DNA of 64,000 nt from Cyanidioschyzon merolae (lineage: Eukaryota). Under the pieces are notes generated by a model. It worked only from the letters and a program-made list of their open reading frames with translations. It made no database searches and was not told the DNA's origin. Positions 25,453 to 36,989 of this stretch are shown here, piece by piece. The DNA is taken from the NCBI GenBank assembly GCA_000091205.1, contig AP006500.2; one strand, given 5' to 3'. How positions within the stretch are numbered: position 1 is the first letter of the stretch; each line of letters begins with the position of its first letter. Both the position numbers and the translations under genes were made by a program.

Positions 25453-27240
25453 GTGTGCCCAGGATCGTATCACGCTACGACTCGCTCTGTAAATTTCCTG
25501 CATCGAAACAGTGCGTCGTTTCAAGCGGTTCACAGGACGCTGTCAGTCACCAGAATGGAGAGCGCCAACCAGCGACCAGCAGGGGACGTAGCAACAGATG
25601 CAACGGCAACCCGTACACCGCTGTCGTCGAACCTGTCTGCGGAAACCGCGTCTCCGGGTACGGCACCAGCAGCGCTGCACCCGGAGACTGCTGGACCAGA
25701 GTCCGCTGTTTCGGCTTCAGAAGCCCTGGACAACTGGCGCAGACGAGTATGCAAAGCACTACACAAACTTACGACAGCGGAGTCGATCTCCTCCATAACC
25801 TCTGGGCTTCAGGTGCATAGAGGAAAGCTTGCAGCCCTCGCAGACCTACTCGAGGAGCTCCACTTCATCGAGTGCTGGGTACACGAGCTCGCCCTTCGTC
25901 GCGAAGCCGCACGCCTCGCATCCGACTGTGCTTCACCGGAGCAGTCAGCAACCCGCGAAGAACCGCTCGTTATTCCCGATATTCCAGCGTGTTTTGCCGA
26001 CTCCCTCCTGAACTGGCAGGGCATATTCACGGAAACTTGCAAGCCATCACCGCTCGACATAGCCCTGTATACCTGGCGAACATGTTTCGGAGTTCTTCTG
26101 GCGGCTGCGATCCAGCATGCAGTCGCTATCGATGGCCACGCGCTGGTCCTCGATTACCTAACCTCCTTCCTGACCCGCACTGGCTACTTTCAACAGAGCG
26201 TCTGCAGCGCATGCCTGGCGAAACAGGCCACCACAACGCACCACCGGATACACGGCTGGCAACCGCTACTCGATATGGTACCAAACGCGCTCAATCTCTG
26301 GGAGACGACGCAGCTCGTTCAGCTTCTGCTTTGTATCATGCGAGGGTTCCTTTCCCTGTTAGCCATCGAGTGCGCCGTAGCGACACTGCAGCTTTGCGAG
26401 CAAATTCTCAAGCGACTGCAGTTGCTGGCCGGAGAAACCGGTATACGCGCACCCGACACCGCCGACACCGCCCCGCGTGCGGAGATTTTCCAGGTACCCG
26501 ACGAAACACCAGAGTCGATGATCCAGAGTCAAGAGCGTCCACGCGAAACGCTGCCCATTCCAGTGGCTCCCGAAATGCCGTCCAGTGCGTCCACGGGGGA
26601 AGCGCTGCCAGAGCGCACGTCGTTCGAAGCTGTCCCTGCAATGACCTCCGATATCGTCCAGGGGCAAAGTCGAATAGCGCAACCCGCTCTGGAAATGACC
26701 GTGCAAGCGTTGCGGGCATTGCTGTTGTTTCATCGCGGCCTTCTGGACGGTATGCGCGGTGCCCACGAGGACAGCATTGATGCCTTCGATGCGGCAGTGA
26801 TTCTGTGTGAATCGCTCGATCATGGCGACTGGGCGTTAACCCCAGAATCCGAAGCGATGCTGCCGTCGGCAGCGGTGCCCAGCGGCCTATTCCGTACTGC
26901 ACCTATTCGGGACTGGGTTCGAGTTGCCTACAACAACAGCGCCCTCTGCAGTGTGCAAGTGGAAGATCTTGCGGATGCTCTGGAGAAACTTGATCAGGCG
27001 AAGCGTTTCTCGGTTTCAGCAGCGACGGCATGGCTATCGGATCCGTGTTCGTTAGGACGCAACGAGGACGTGGAGCGCTCTGCGGAGATGCCGCTGCATT
27101 CCGAGGAGCACTGTGTGCATGCCCATTACGCCTGGGTTGCGGAGCGTGTGCCGTGGGAGCTGCAGCCTACCGACCATAGTGCGGCCCTAGAATGGTCCTC
27201 GGTTATCCAGCAATTCGAGGATACGAGTCTCAGACGCTGA
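25453..27240 (+). CDS. Hypothetical protein (595-aa ORF; the likely start is MESANQ at ~25553)
   Basis: A long ORF with typical local codon bias and no recognisable domain. Confidence 0.4.
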   Translation: MCPGSYHATTRSVNFLHRNSASFQAVHRTLSVTRMESANQRPAGDVATDATATRTPLSSNLSAETASPGTAPAALHPETAGPESAVSASEALDNWRRRVCKALHKLTTAESISSITSGLQVHRGKLAALADLLEELHFIECWVHELALRREAARLASDCASPEQSATREEPLVIPDIPACFADSLLNWQGIFTETCKPSPLDIALYTWRTCFGVLLAAAIQHAVAIDGHALVLDYLTSFLTRTGYFQQSVCSACLAKQATTTHHRIHGWQPLLDMVPNALNLWETTQLVQLLLCIMRGFLSLLAIECAVATLQLCEQILKRLQLLAGETGIRAPDTADTAPRAEIFQVPDETPESMIQSQERPRETLPIPVAPEMPSSASTGEALPERTSFEAVPAMTSDIVQGQSRIAQPALEMTVQALRALLLFHRGLLDGMRGAHEDSIDAFDAAVILCESLDHGDWALTPESEAMLPSAAVPSGLFRTAPIRDWVRVAYNNSALCSVQVEDLADALEKLDQAKRFSVSAATAWLSDPCSLGRNEDVERSAEMPLHSEEHCVHAHYAWVAERVPWELQPTDHSAALEWSSVIQQFEDTSLRR

Positions 27241-28924
27241 CCTCATTCCCCAGGCCGTGACTCCATCTCTGAGACGTTCACCTCACTCGACGGGCATCAG
27301 AAGCATCCTGGTGCGCAGGGCACTTCATGTTGATGATTCCTATCGCTGTGCTTTAGGGGTCTGGATGCGCGACCGCTTCGCGAACCTGCACCGCTCGGTA
27401 CCGTTTGAAATGATCACGACGTTCTGGTCAAGCAACGACGTGTGCAGCGGATCGCCAACGCTTTGGAAGAGCGAGCGAGCGAGCGAGCGAGCCAGCTACG
27501 TCCATATCGAAAGAGGGACTGGACTAGGTTCACGTGGCTGACTCTGGCGTGCACGCTCGAGTTTGGACCTATTGACATCGTTGTGAACATCAGCATGTTT
27601 GCGACGCTTTTGTAACCGTGTCGTTTTCCCCACTCTTATATCCGACTGTGAAAACATTGGTCTGTCTTTTGACGCCAGATGTGTTGCCGTCAGTCGAAGG
27701 ACGTTGATGGTCGCGTGCAAGTCCCGAATGCACCGCCATTGCCTCTTGTCGACGCTTTTTATGAACAGGCGCATGAGGAGATCTTCGCTTTGCTTGACGG
27801 TTTCATTCTGTTTGCAGACAGCCTCGGTGCACGCTTCGCAGCAGTGACACTTTGCTGCGGTCCGGTATTCGCAGGCGTCCACCTGACCTGGTCTCTCGCC
27901 GGCCGTCATAGTTGGTGCGTAAAAGCTTGCCTCGTCGCTCGTTACGTGCCTGTGACGGGTACAGAGGGTGCCCCTTCGACGCTGTCGTCCGTTTTCCGCG
28001 CCCGTGGTGTACGCTTCGATCACCGGCTTCTTCTGGGCGATGCTCTCCGCGCGAGTACTCCGTCTGCCGCACACACGCGCACGCGTTTCCGTTCGTGAAA
28101 GGATTTGTGGAACGGAACCCGTCCGTGATGAAAGAAGAACTGGAAGCACAATCCATTCTGGAGAGCAGTCCCAAAAGTTCGAACTGTCTTCGCCACCTTG
28201 AAGCGATTGCCGTTATGACTCAAGCCCGAATGACTGCCAGACACGCTCCCATGCACACCCAAGAGCTGGGCACGTCTCGGAGCATATCCCGTGATACGTT
28301 GCATGCTGGAGTCGAATGGCGTCTCGTCAAAGCGTAGATCCCGATGGAGACGAGTTTTACCACCAGAAGCGATTGTTTCGCAAGTTCATTGAACTTTCCG
28401 CACGAACCTGTGAACAAGTCGTCGAGGGACAATGGCTCGTGCTTTCCATCGTGCATTGCGCGGCGAGTACTGATGCAACCACAAGTTTATTTCGAAAAAG
28501 AACGATAAAAAACTTGGAGAATGCCTGAAACAAGCGTGCTACCCGAATGGAAAGGACAAGTCTTAAACCCATTCCGAATGTATTCGATATTCATAGATCG
28601 CATACCTTACGAAAGCTTCATTGAGAGCGTCGTAAATCATCCTGATTTCAATCGCATCACGATTTCCAGCTGCCGAGCATCTAAGCAGCCACTCCGGAAA
28701 CAACTCTCAAGGAATCCGTAGAATTTGATTTTCAAATGCCGATTTTCGGCACTTTACAATTAGGAAAATACTTCGAAAACAGATATCGCAAGCCAGGACC
28801 ATACCGAACACTTCACTACCCGGTTTCTTTCTCTGACACGGTTGTAGCCGCAATACTGAGGTTTCGAATATCGAGCGCATGCCTTACTAACGTCCTCGCA
28901 GTTGCCTCCGTGCATCGATACCCA

Positions 28925-31654
28925 CTAGATGGCGAAAGCAAACCAGCGACTGAGAACCGAACGACTGCGATGCAGATGCGCTGTAAACTCCTCGGGTTCG
29001 TGGTATTCGAATACAACGTGCAAAGGCAGGTTCGGGATCGTGTACAGTGTCAGCATTTCAAAGGAGTTTGTCGCTTGTCGTGTCTTCAGAGCAAGTTCCA
29101 GCTCTCGTTCAAGCGTCTCCCACATGGCAATTTTCTCGTGGATCGAGTCCACATAGAGGCACTCGGTTATGGCAATGTTCCACGCCAGGCGCAAGCTGGC
29201 ATACAAAAGCTCCACCGGGGCACGCGAGCCACACCAGATGAAGAGACGCGTATCGCCGAGCCATTCGTTCTCCTCGGGACGCACGGCAGCCAGTGCATGA
29301 CTCGGTGGATCGTGCACCATCGATTGGGTACCGACCGAGACCGAACGGCGATGTCGTACCCGATTGACTGGTTCAGCGGCGGGCTCTGGAGCTGAACCCG
29401 TGGGATACCGCTCCAGAATGGAGTCCGCCAGACGCCCTAAGAAGGTAGCGCTGAACGGTGTATGCAGCACGTAGCATCGATCGGAGGCGATGCGAATTCG
29501 TCGCTGCAGTTTGCCGGTGTAGAAGCTGTGGCATCCCGACGCTCGTCGTACGCTACGCTGCGTAGTGGCGGCGTCCTGCTGGGCGCCACTGCCAGCATCC
29601 AGAGCACCGACGCTGTGCGGTTCCCCGGAGCGCTCTGTTTCATGCCCCGGGGAAAGCGGTGATCGGAACGAGCGCAACAGCAACAGGTATCGCATTCCGC
29701 GGTGACCTGTGGGACTCGGCATGCCGCGGTATTTTTCGAGGCGAAACAGCCGTAGCTTGAGCAGTTCATCAACCTCCTCGGGACGCAGCAGCGTGCACTT
29801 ATCCGATGTATGTGGTTGCGTATCTGCAGGACACTCTGTTGATGAACCCAGAGTCCACATCGAAAGCAGGTTCGTTAGTCGGCTCGTGGAAAACTGGGAG
29901 ATGCAGCGAAATGGTGCTGCGTTTGCTACCGTACTCGAAGCGCGGCCAGATGAGGCTCTCTCTCCCGATGGCATTCGTTGTGCATAACCGCAGTTCGTCG
30001 CAATGGAGCGCTCTCTGACTTTGTGTTTCGCAGCTTCTCCGGTAGAGGCAGCGCCATCACTCGCTGTTGGCGACGCTGCAGACGTGGGCATCGAAGGCTC
30101 CAGTGCCCGATTCTGGTGATGCGTCGCCGCGAACGTGTTCTGGAAGAGAGCGTTGCGCGCGGTCATCGCAGCGTAGGCAAAGTCTCCGGTCTGGCCAAGG
30201 AGGGCGTTGCGCATTGCGGCGCGGTAGCGCCCAATAAGAATGCGAAGTTCGATCTCAGACAGTGCATCCAGAAAAGCCGCGTTCGGGCAGGCGGTTGGTC
30301 GAACCCGCAGCAGCTGGCGGACGGCCTCCTCCAAAGGCCAGATACTTTCCCTAATCAGCAGGTAAGCGAGAGCGAGTGCACTCGACCGTGAGATGCCTTG
30401 ATAGCAATGAATGAGAACTCGCCCGCCTGCTACTCGAGCAGCGTCTATGAAGTCGCAAACTGGATAAAAGAGTTGCATCATTTCTTCGGTTGCGAAGCGT
30501 TCATCCCGATCCTGGATGAAGAGCGGCAGATAACGGAATTCGTTTTCAAAGAAATTCGGCACTTCGAGTCCCGAGGCGTTCACAATATGCGTGATGCCGT
30601 GGTGCTGAAGCAGAGCCGCATTGGCAGCTGGTTTTCGCCCACTGACGCCTAGATAACTGCGAACGAACGAAATGCTCTCCGACAGGTGCTGCACAAGGCT
30701 CGATACGTCCTGCCCGGATACGGGCGTTACGGGTGGTAACGTTGCCTCCGTATAGCCTGCAGCTTTCCCTGAAGTTGTGGACGCGTCCGGTGTGAGCGAT
30801 TCCGGTCGCCCCGACGCTGCGGTCGCGTGCAGCCGAAGCGGCGACCGACTGCGAAGGCGGCTCACCCAGCCCAAGGATCCAGCACGCGACCGATGGCCGA
30901 CACCATTTTCAGTACCGTAAACAGACCGATTTCCAGTCTGGGATGACCGAGGCTGACCCGAGCTCGTTCCCGGAGGTGACAACGGTTGGGCTGCATCCGT
31001 GCGACGTTCAGTGCTGCAGTCAGCGTTCGCGCGCTGCGCTGCCGGGCAATCGGGACTCTCGGATCCCGTGCTGCACTTGGTTTTCCGAGTCTCGGCTTCT
31101 ACCTGCGAAGCCAAATCTTGCCACCAATCGTCTCGTTCGCCATTGGATCGAGAACGGCTTCGGAACCGCCTTCGTGTCATGTTGCCCTCAATACTCCAGC
31201 CCAGTTCAGAGAGAAAATGTTTGGATTGCTGTTGTTGTTGTTGTTGTTGCTGCTGCTGCTGATCTTCTGCGGCCGGTATTGCAAAGCGTGCGAGCCCATC
31301 TTCGTTTGCAGCACACGATCGGCTGCAGGTCGCGGCGAGTTCCGAACGATAAATCGGACATGTCGCCACCGTGCTGAGATCCAAACTAGGCAGGCTTGTG
31401 GGTGTTGAGGTTCGACTCCCCAGTGAGCGCGCGCTGTTCAAGTCCTCTGCGTGTGAAGCTCTTATCGGTGTCGTCGGAATTACGAGGGTATCTGGCTTTG
31501 CATATTCGGCGGAGAAGCGCACCTCACTCCCGTGGCCTAGCTGTGGGCCAGTCCCGCGTTGCGAGCAAGAATGACAGGGTCGTGCATGGGCGTCCGGCGT
31601 TTTCGGCAGCCCGAAATGTTTCGCGTGCTCGCCGCTCTCCAGCAAAGGACACAT
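28925..31654 (-). CDS. Dual-specificity protein phosphatase (DUSP) domain protein, 909 aa, with polyQ
   Basis: The central region reads HGITHIVNASG...VLIHCYQGISRSSALALAYLLIRE...RVRPTACPNAAFLDAL, which contains the HCxxGxxRS catalytic P-loop of the DUSP/CDC14-like fold. A Q12 run derives from a (CTG/TTG)n stretch at 31228-31260. Confidence 0.8.
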   Translation of the reverse strand: MCPLLESGEHAKHFGLPKTPDAHARPCHSCSQRGTGPQLGHGSEVRFSAEYAKPDTLVIPTTPIRASHAEDLNSARSLGSRTSTPTSLPSLDLSTVATCPIYRSELAATCSRSCAANEDGLARFAIPAAEDQQQQQQQQQQQQSKHFLSELGWSIEGNMTRRRFRSRSRSNGERDDWWQDLASQVEAETRKTKCSTGSESPDCPAAQRANADCSTERRTDAAQPLSPPGTSSGQPRSSQTGNRSVYGTENGVGHRSRAGSLGWVSRLRSRSPLRLHATAASGRPESLTPDASTTSGKAAGYTEATLPPVTPVSGQDVSSLVQHLSESISFVRSYLGVSGRKPAANAALLQHHGITHIVNASGLEVPNFFENEFRYLPLFIQDRDERFATEEMMQLFYPVCDFIDAARVAGGRVLIHCYQGISRSSALALAYLLIRESIWPLEEAVRQLLRVRPTACPNAAFLDALSEIELRILIGRYRAAMRNALLGQTGDFAYAAMTARNALFQNTFAATHHQNRALEPSMPTSAASPTASDGAASTGEAAKHKVRERSIATNCGYAQRMPSGERASSGRASSTVANAAPFRCISQFSTSRLTNLLSMWTLGSSTECPADTQPHTSDKCTLLRPEEVDELLKLRLFRLEKYRGMPSPTGHRGMRYLLLLRSFRSPLSPGHETERSGEPHSVGALDAGSGAQQDAATTQRSVRRASGCHSFYTGKLQRRIRIASDRCYVLHTPFSATFLGRLADSILERYPTGSAPEPAAEPVNRVRHRRSVSVGTQSMVHDPPSHALAAVRPEENEWLGDTRLFIWCGSRAPVELLYASLRLAWNIAITECLYVDSIHEKIAMWETLERELELALKTRQATNSFEMLTLYTIPNLPLHVVFEYHEPEEFTAHLHRSRSVLSRWFAFAI

Positions 31655-34278
31655 TGTGCTGGACTAGGCGTCTGTGAGCGACCACGCAGAACTCTATCAC
31701 CAGCGCAAGATCCGCGCCAAGTATCTGGCCCAGCGCTGTAGCAATTATATCCGCAAGAAACACCCTCAAAAGCTCGTTCAACCAGGCTCGGCTGGGTGCC
31801 ACCTCAAGAGCGCCCTGTGAGCGTGTACTGCCGTCGGTTCGCACGGCACCAATTGCCCCTCTACCGCGGGATCCCGTGTCTCAGAATAGGGTCCGAAGTA
31901 CCTGCGTTGAAAAGTCTGAGGTTACTTTCACCTCAGCGCTTCGCTAACTCGGTGAGCGCTCAGAAGAGGCGCTGCGGCGTTACCGCTACGAACGTGGTCC
32001 ACCGCGAGGTTCGTGTTCCCCCTGAAGACCGTCTCGACGAGCAGCCAAGCTCGCGTTTTCGTCTCTCCAAGCAACGTAAAGTTTCGCCCTCCAAAACAGA
32101 CAGAATACCTCTGCAACGAGGCTTTGGCACGTTGATGAATTCCTTCACGAGCGTTTGCGTTTCAGAGCGTTCTGCACAGCACCAGCGCTATGCCCCGGAG
32201 TACTTACACCACACGAAGGCGTTTGAGCAAGCGCGAGCACAGTCCAAAACTGGATCAGGCACTGCTTCACCTGACAACTCGACGATGCGCGAGATGAAAA
32301 CGCTCGGTTCCTGAGTCGATACCAAACGAAAACAAAACCTGTACGCGTTGTGCTGCCTTGCCGCGCTACAAACAGTTTCGGATGCGTGTTATTCGGGGCG
32401 AGGCGTCGTGCGCCCAGCGTGTGACACGTGTCCGTACACACGCATCATCGCTTTGGCATGGACATGCGCGAGGTACGATGCAACTGGGCGAATTTTTTTT
32501 TGTTTCACGGAACGTTTCCATGGATCAGGGATTCCAGATTGCGGGATGCGTATTGGTATTCGGAAAATGAGGGAAAATGCTGCATTCTACGTCCAAGTTC
32601 CATGACCAACACTTCCTCTAGGATATACTGGTCGTTTCGTACGTTCTATCGTGCACCGTGTACCTGCCTTGCTGCACGCGCCTTGGCGCGTATACCGTTG
32701 GTGCGGATGCAGTACGGAGACAGAACGGGATTGGCGTGCCGATGAGGGCTTCCGCTCGAGGAATGTTAGACCCGATACGGAGTCAGAATTCATTATGATT
32801 CTGGGGGCCTGCAAGTTGCGCAGACAGAAGTACTTTATGCGACAGCGCGAAGCGAGATACTAGGACTCAACTGCGACCGGGGCGACGTCCAGACGCAAGC
32901 TACCCGCTCCTAGTCGCAGAAAGAAGTGCATTTCAGACGAGTTGCTGAGATACCACCAAAGTACCCGCCATTTGTGGAGCATGAAGCACTCCACAGACAG
33001 ACTCGTGCGGCTCGCGGGACTTTCCATTTAAAAGGTGAATCTTCGACAATACGGGATCCTTTTCTTCCCTGCAACGCTTGCTGCAGAGCTGGGAAGAAAT
33101 TGCTCTCTCGTTGCTAGGTAGTAGTTCGGTTCTGTTTGTTTTTGCCAGTTCTTCGACATGGAGCGCAGCCCTGATCGCACATCGCCGATGGCAAGAGGCG
33201 GTATCTGCGCGACCAGGTGTGCCTCTGTGCTGCATGGTTAGGGATACTGGTTGCGCAAATGGCAAGCAAGTTGTTGTCGCTGTTGCGTTCAGACCGACGT
33301 CTGCGTGCTCGCACTCCCACACCGGCGCATGGGTATGGTAGAGCATTTTCCAGTTCCGTGCGTTTGGAATCAACAGTTGATTTAGGAAGTCGTCGCAAGT
33401 ACCTACATTGAATGCAGAAGCAGGAGCAGGTGTTGCTGGTTTTGGGAGCCGCCGTCCGACTCCCGCGAGCGCCTCGTAGCACCAGGTCTTGGACCGTTGA
33501 CGCAAAGGCACGGCGTGATTTCTCTGCGGCAAGAGCTGTCTGTCGGGTTTCGGCATGCCGGGCACACTGGACCCTAGCCAAATCCGGACCGGGTCGGGAC
33601 GAAGCTCCCGTATGGCGCACTTGTGTCTGAAACGGTCTGCCTGCGCATCCGGAAACGTTCTCGTTCAGCTGCGCGTCATGTCCAGATGATACCGGGCACC
33701 CGTCGAGCCGCCACAGAAACACGTCGTCCATCTGGGCACGCTTCAAGAGAAATGGGAATGTAGAGGCTGCTAAATGCCAGAGATAGCGCGCATTTACGTC
33801 CTGTTCCCACGAAACCGAGATCTATGCCGCGTCTTTTCCTTCTATCTCACCCGAAGGCACAACGTTCCAGCGGGTCGGATACGTCCGTGATACCTCTATC
33901 GACAAAGAGAACGCGCGAGTGCCACGGTAGGCGCGTATGAACCGTCCGGAAAAGAAGATGCGGACCATCCAGTGGCAGTCTGGAGCCTAACACCCACCAC
34001 CTCAATTGCATACAACGACGATGACGGCTGCCAGAGGCACCCCGACCGAAACTACTTTTCATCAGTGACATTGCAACAACGTATTGGCCGTCCCCAAGGT
34101 ATGATACAGCAGCAAAGCGGGTCCATTCGCAACGCGCACACGTCCTGCACGCACGATAGCCACGCATCGCCCGTGCGGCAACGGCATCGGATGCCCGCAG
34201 CAGCGCCTCGTTTGCCGGATCGCGCGAAACAGGCCCTGGTGCACTCCCATATTGTTCTATTTTGTCCATGCGATCCTA

Positions 34279-34299
34279 TGTGCGTGCGTGCGTGCGTGC
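34279..34299. repeat. (GTGC)5 microsatellite
   Basis: Direct read of the sequence. Confidence 0.85.
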
Positions 34300-34351
34300 C
34301 GCTCGACCTTATCCATGCGATCGGATTCGTGTGCGCGCGTGTATGTGCGGC

Positions 34352-36742
34352 TCACGCCCGCGTCCGCAGTGCAGATGAGGATGACGATTCCGAAGTGCTC
34401 GCGCCCACGCTGCGTTCCTGATGCATAGAGACTGTTGCCGTAGAGTCTCTGTGGCAGGAATGTACCGGGTGCAGTTGGCACACGGTTCGATGCTTCGCGA
34501 GCGCTACCCGCGTATCATATGCGAACACACGAACGAACTCGTCGATCGCAAAAGTATTCAGTTCGTTGAGAGCGTACATGTTCCGAAACGCAGCAACGGC
34601 CCGACGGTAAGCGCACGGGTCATAGTAGAATCCCTGCAAGGCCAAGGAGTGGGCTCGTTGCATATCCAGCCTACCGTGCACGGCAGCAGCAGTCTGTGCG
34701 GAGCAGATTGAGCATGAAGCCTGGTCTGCCACAAAGGCACGAATGTAGGCCTCCTCGCCGATGCCGCAGCACACATCCGGTGGAAATCGAGCCATTAACG
34801 CAGCCAGTCGATAGACACCAAGGGCGTACAGCTTTGACAGCGACTGATGCGCATTGCGCACCAGCGCAATGATTCTGCTGATGCTCGGAATTTCACGCGT
34901 CAGCGGAAGTGGCGGTATCGAAGCAAGCAACTGTCCAGCATGTTTGATTTCCCGAACGGTTGGCGCAAGCTCCTTAAGATCGGTCAACACGGGGCGCTCA
35001 CCGTTGGTCCGCAGGGACGGGTGCGTCCACAGCGACGCGGCAGGCGCACTGCCGTCCGCCAGCGGGTGAGCAACAGCATCTGCAACTGACAATGCAGACG
35101 GCGCATGAGGTAAATCCCCCTGGTGATGCGACGCTTCGGATGCAGCGGATGCAGAAGCATTGGTCCTCCCTACAACCTTTTGTATTCCGGGTGTTTGCTG
35201 CGCAAACTGCTGGCAATGCGTCAGCGATCCCCTCTTCTGCTCAGCCTCGGTGCATTCCAGATGATTTCCTTGGAGCATGCGCTCGCCGCTGCGATTCCGC
35301 GCTGCTGAGCGCGCTGCCGGCGCCATAAACAAAGGTGACCAGGCCTCCTCTGGTTCAGTGCCCTGAGAATCGGTTCGCGAGCACCGCCGATCAACCGTTG
35401 CCGTCGCGCTTGTCTTGAGGCATACCCGCGAATACGGGTCCGTCATGTCAACAACGCTCGATTCCAGATTGGACGCATTTGTACAGAATGAACGATCGTT
35501 CTCTTGAACACAGAATCCGTGGACGGCGGCGACCATGAAAGCCTCTTCAGAAGCGCTCATCAACCCCTGTTCGCGTGGATGCGTTCCATGCGATACCGAA
35601 AAAACGGAACAGGCAGGATCCCCGACGTTTCCGGCATAGATGCGCGATAAATCTTGATCCATGCGGTGCGTGCTTTCCCATCCGGGGTATTCGCCAAGCA
35701 CAAAGTTTGCGTCCGTGGACGCAACCCGCTCGTCTTCGTTATCTTCGGCGGCGATCGTGCGATGGCTCACTTCACCGTAACCCGAGCTGGCCAGGGGCCA
35801 TGCTGAAAGCATTGGCATCCGCTCCCCCAGCCAGGCATCCTCAACATTGTCGTATAGCGTCTGATCCGCCATCAGACGATGCTCGCTCGACACCCCAGAG
35901 TTCGTGGTATTCGCCTGGTCATCCACGACAACGCTGTGGCAGCGATCCCTTGGCGATGAGTGCTCACCTTCATCGGCATCGTCCCCTTCTGAAGGAAAAC
36001 AAGTCCAGAGATTGGCTGGGAGTCTCGCAGATGCGTACGTTGTTTCTGATTGGTCCCCTCCCGGTACCGCCTGCTGATACTCGTGTAACGGTGCGAGACT
36101 GACTGCCGATGCGGAGCGCTGGAGTCTCCCGAATCGAGCTTGCTCGCCGCTGACGATGGGGCCCCTGCGACGCCGACCGCGACCCGGCTTACCCACGCCG
36201 CTGAGAGACCATGAAGCATCTCCAAACTGTGCCCAGGAAGCGCTCCGTGGAAGCGTATGCGTCGCACCGCGAACAGATACCCTAGTCTGGCTTCGGCTAC
36301 GGGCCAGCGAGCGCTCGCGCCCTTGAGGCTGCGTGATGCGGCGGTTCAGTGTTGCAGGTGTCGCACGACTACGACTGTTTTGAGCGCCAGTGCCGAACTG
36401 GCGACTTCTCCCAGCAGCGGATCCACGATCGGCTGCTTTGCGCACCTCATCTGTTGTCGGTGCTGAAGACGTTTCTTCCCCGTCCACGATCGGTCGCCGG
36501 TTCGTGGACGCACCCTGCGCGAAGCCTTTTCCGAAACCCCGGGGTGCCGCACTGCCACGGGTTGCGTTCACCGCCAAATCTCCGTAGGAGTAGGTCACCC
36601 CGTCGATCACAAGCGCAAGCTTCCCCTTCTTCCACTTGACCCCACAAGCGTTGCACAGTGTCTTGGCACCCGTAGGTCCCGCCCGCCACAGGGGCGTGTC
36701 GTTCGTCGAGCACGATATGCAACGCAAACTGTTCGAAACCAT
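34352..36742 (-). CDS. GATA-type zinc-finger transcription factor (N-terminal C-x2-C-x18-C-x2-C finger), 796 aa
   Basis: The N-terminus reads CISCSTNDTPLWRAGPTGAKTLCNACGVKWKKGK. This is a GATA finger with the TPLWR core and an 18-residue loop, the plant/fungal-type spacing. The rest is a Ser/Ala/Arg-rich low-complexity region. Confidence 0.8.
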   Translation of the reverse strand: MVSNSLRCISCSTNDTPLWRAGPTGAKTLCNACGVKWKKGKLALVIDGVTYSYGDLAVNATRGSAAPRGFGKGFAQGASTNRRPIVDGEETSSAPTTDEVRKAADRGSAAGRSRQFGTGAQNSRSRATPATLNRRITQPQGRERSLARSRSQTRVSVRGATHTLPRSASWAQFGDASWSLSGVGKPGRGRRRRGPIVSGEQARFGRLQRSASAVSLAPLHEYQQAVPGGDQSETTYASARLPANLWTCFPSEGDDADEGEHSSPRDRCHSVVVDDQANTTNSGVSSEHRLMADQTLYDNVEDAWLGERMPMLSAWPLASSGYGEVSHRTIAAEDNEDERVASTDANFVLGEYPGWESTHRMDQDLSRIYAGNVGDPACSVFSVSHGTHPREQGLMSASEEAFMVAAVHGFCVQENDRSFCTNASNLESSVVDMTDPYSRVCLKTSATATVDRRCSRTDSQGTEPEEAWSPLFMAPAARSAARNRSGERMLQGNHLECTEAEQKRGSLTHCQQFAQQTPGIQKVVGRTNASASAASEASHHQGDLPHAPSALSVADAVAHPLADGSAPAASLWTHPSLRTNGERPVLTDLKELAPTVREIKHAGQLLASIPPLPLTREIPSISRIIALVRNAHQSLSKLYALGVYRLAALMARFPPDVCCGIGEEAYIRAFVADQASCSICSAQTAAAVHGRLDMQRAHSLALQGFYYDPCAYRRAVAAFRNMYALNELNTFAIDEFVRVFAYDTRVALAKHRTVCQLHPVHSCHRDSTATVSMHQERSVGASTSESSSSSALRTRA

Positions 36743-36989
36743 AGCCGCCGTACACGCACAGACTCAAACAAACGCTTCGTTTTGATCGCACGCGGTACGG
36801 CAACGGCCGAAGCGAGCCCAGCTTCGCACGAAACGAAGAAGTTTCGGTGGCGTCCGCCGCTTACCAGCGAGCAGCTCCGCCCCCAGCAATAACGGACGAG
36901 TGTTCGTTGCGGCTTGTAAGGTACTTGTTAGCAATAACGACCGCAGCAACACAAGGATTGCGCAAAACCCGGGACCCTGAGCAAGCACA

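Noticed and set aside
32933-33746. Two overlapping 210-aa minus-strand ORFs in the DUSP-GATA intergenic region
   Set aside because: They overlap each other in different frames and have no recognisable domain. Their Arg/Ala-rich composition is typical of random ORFs in GC-rich DNA. They are left unannotated.
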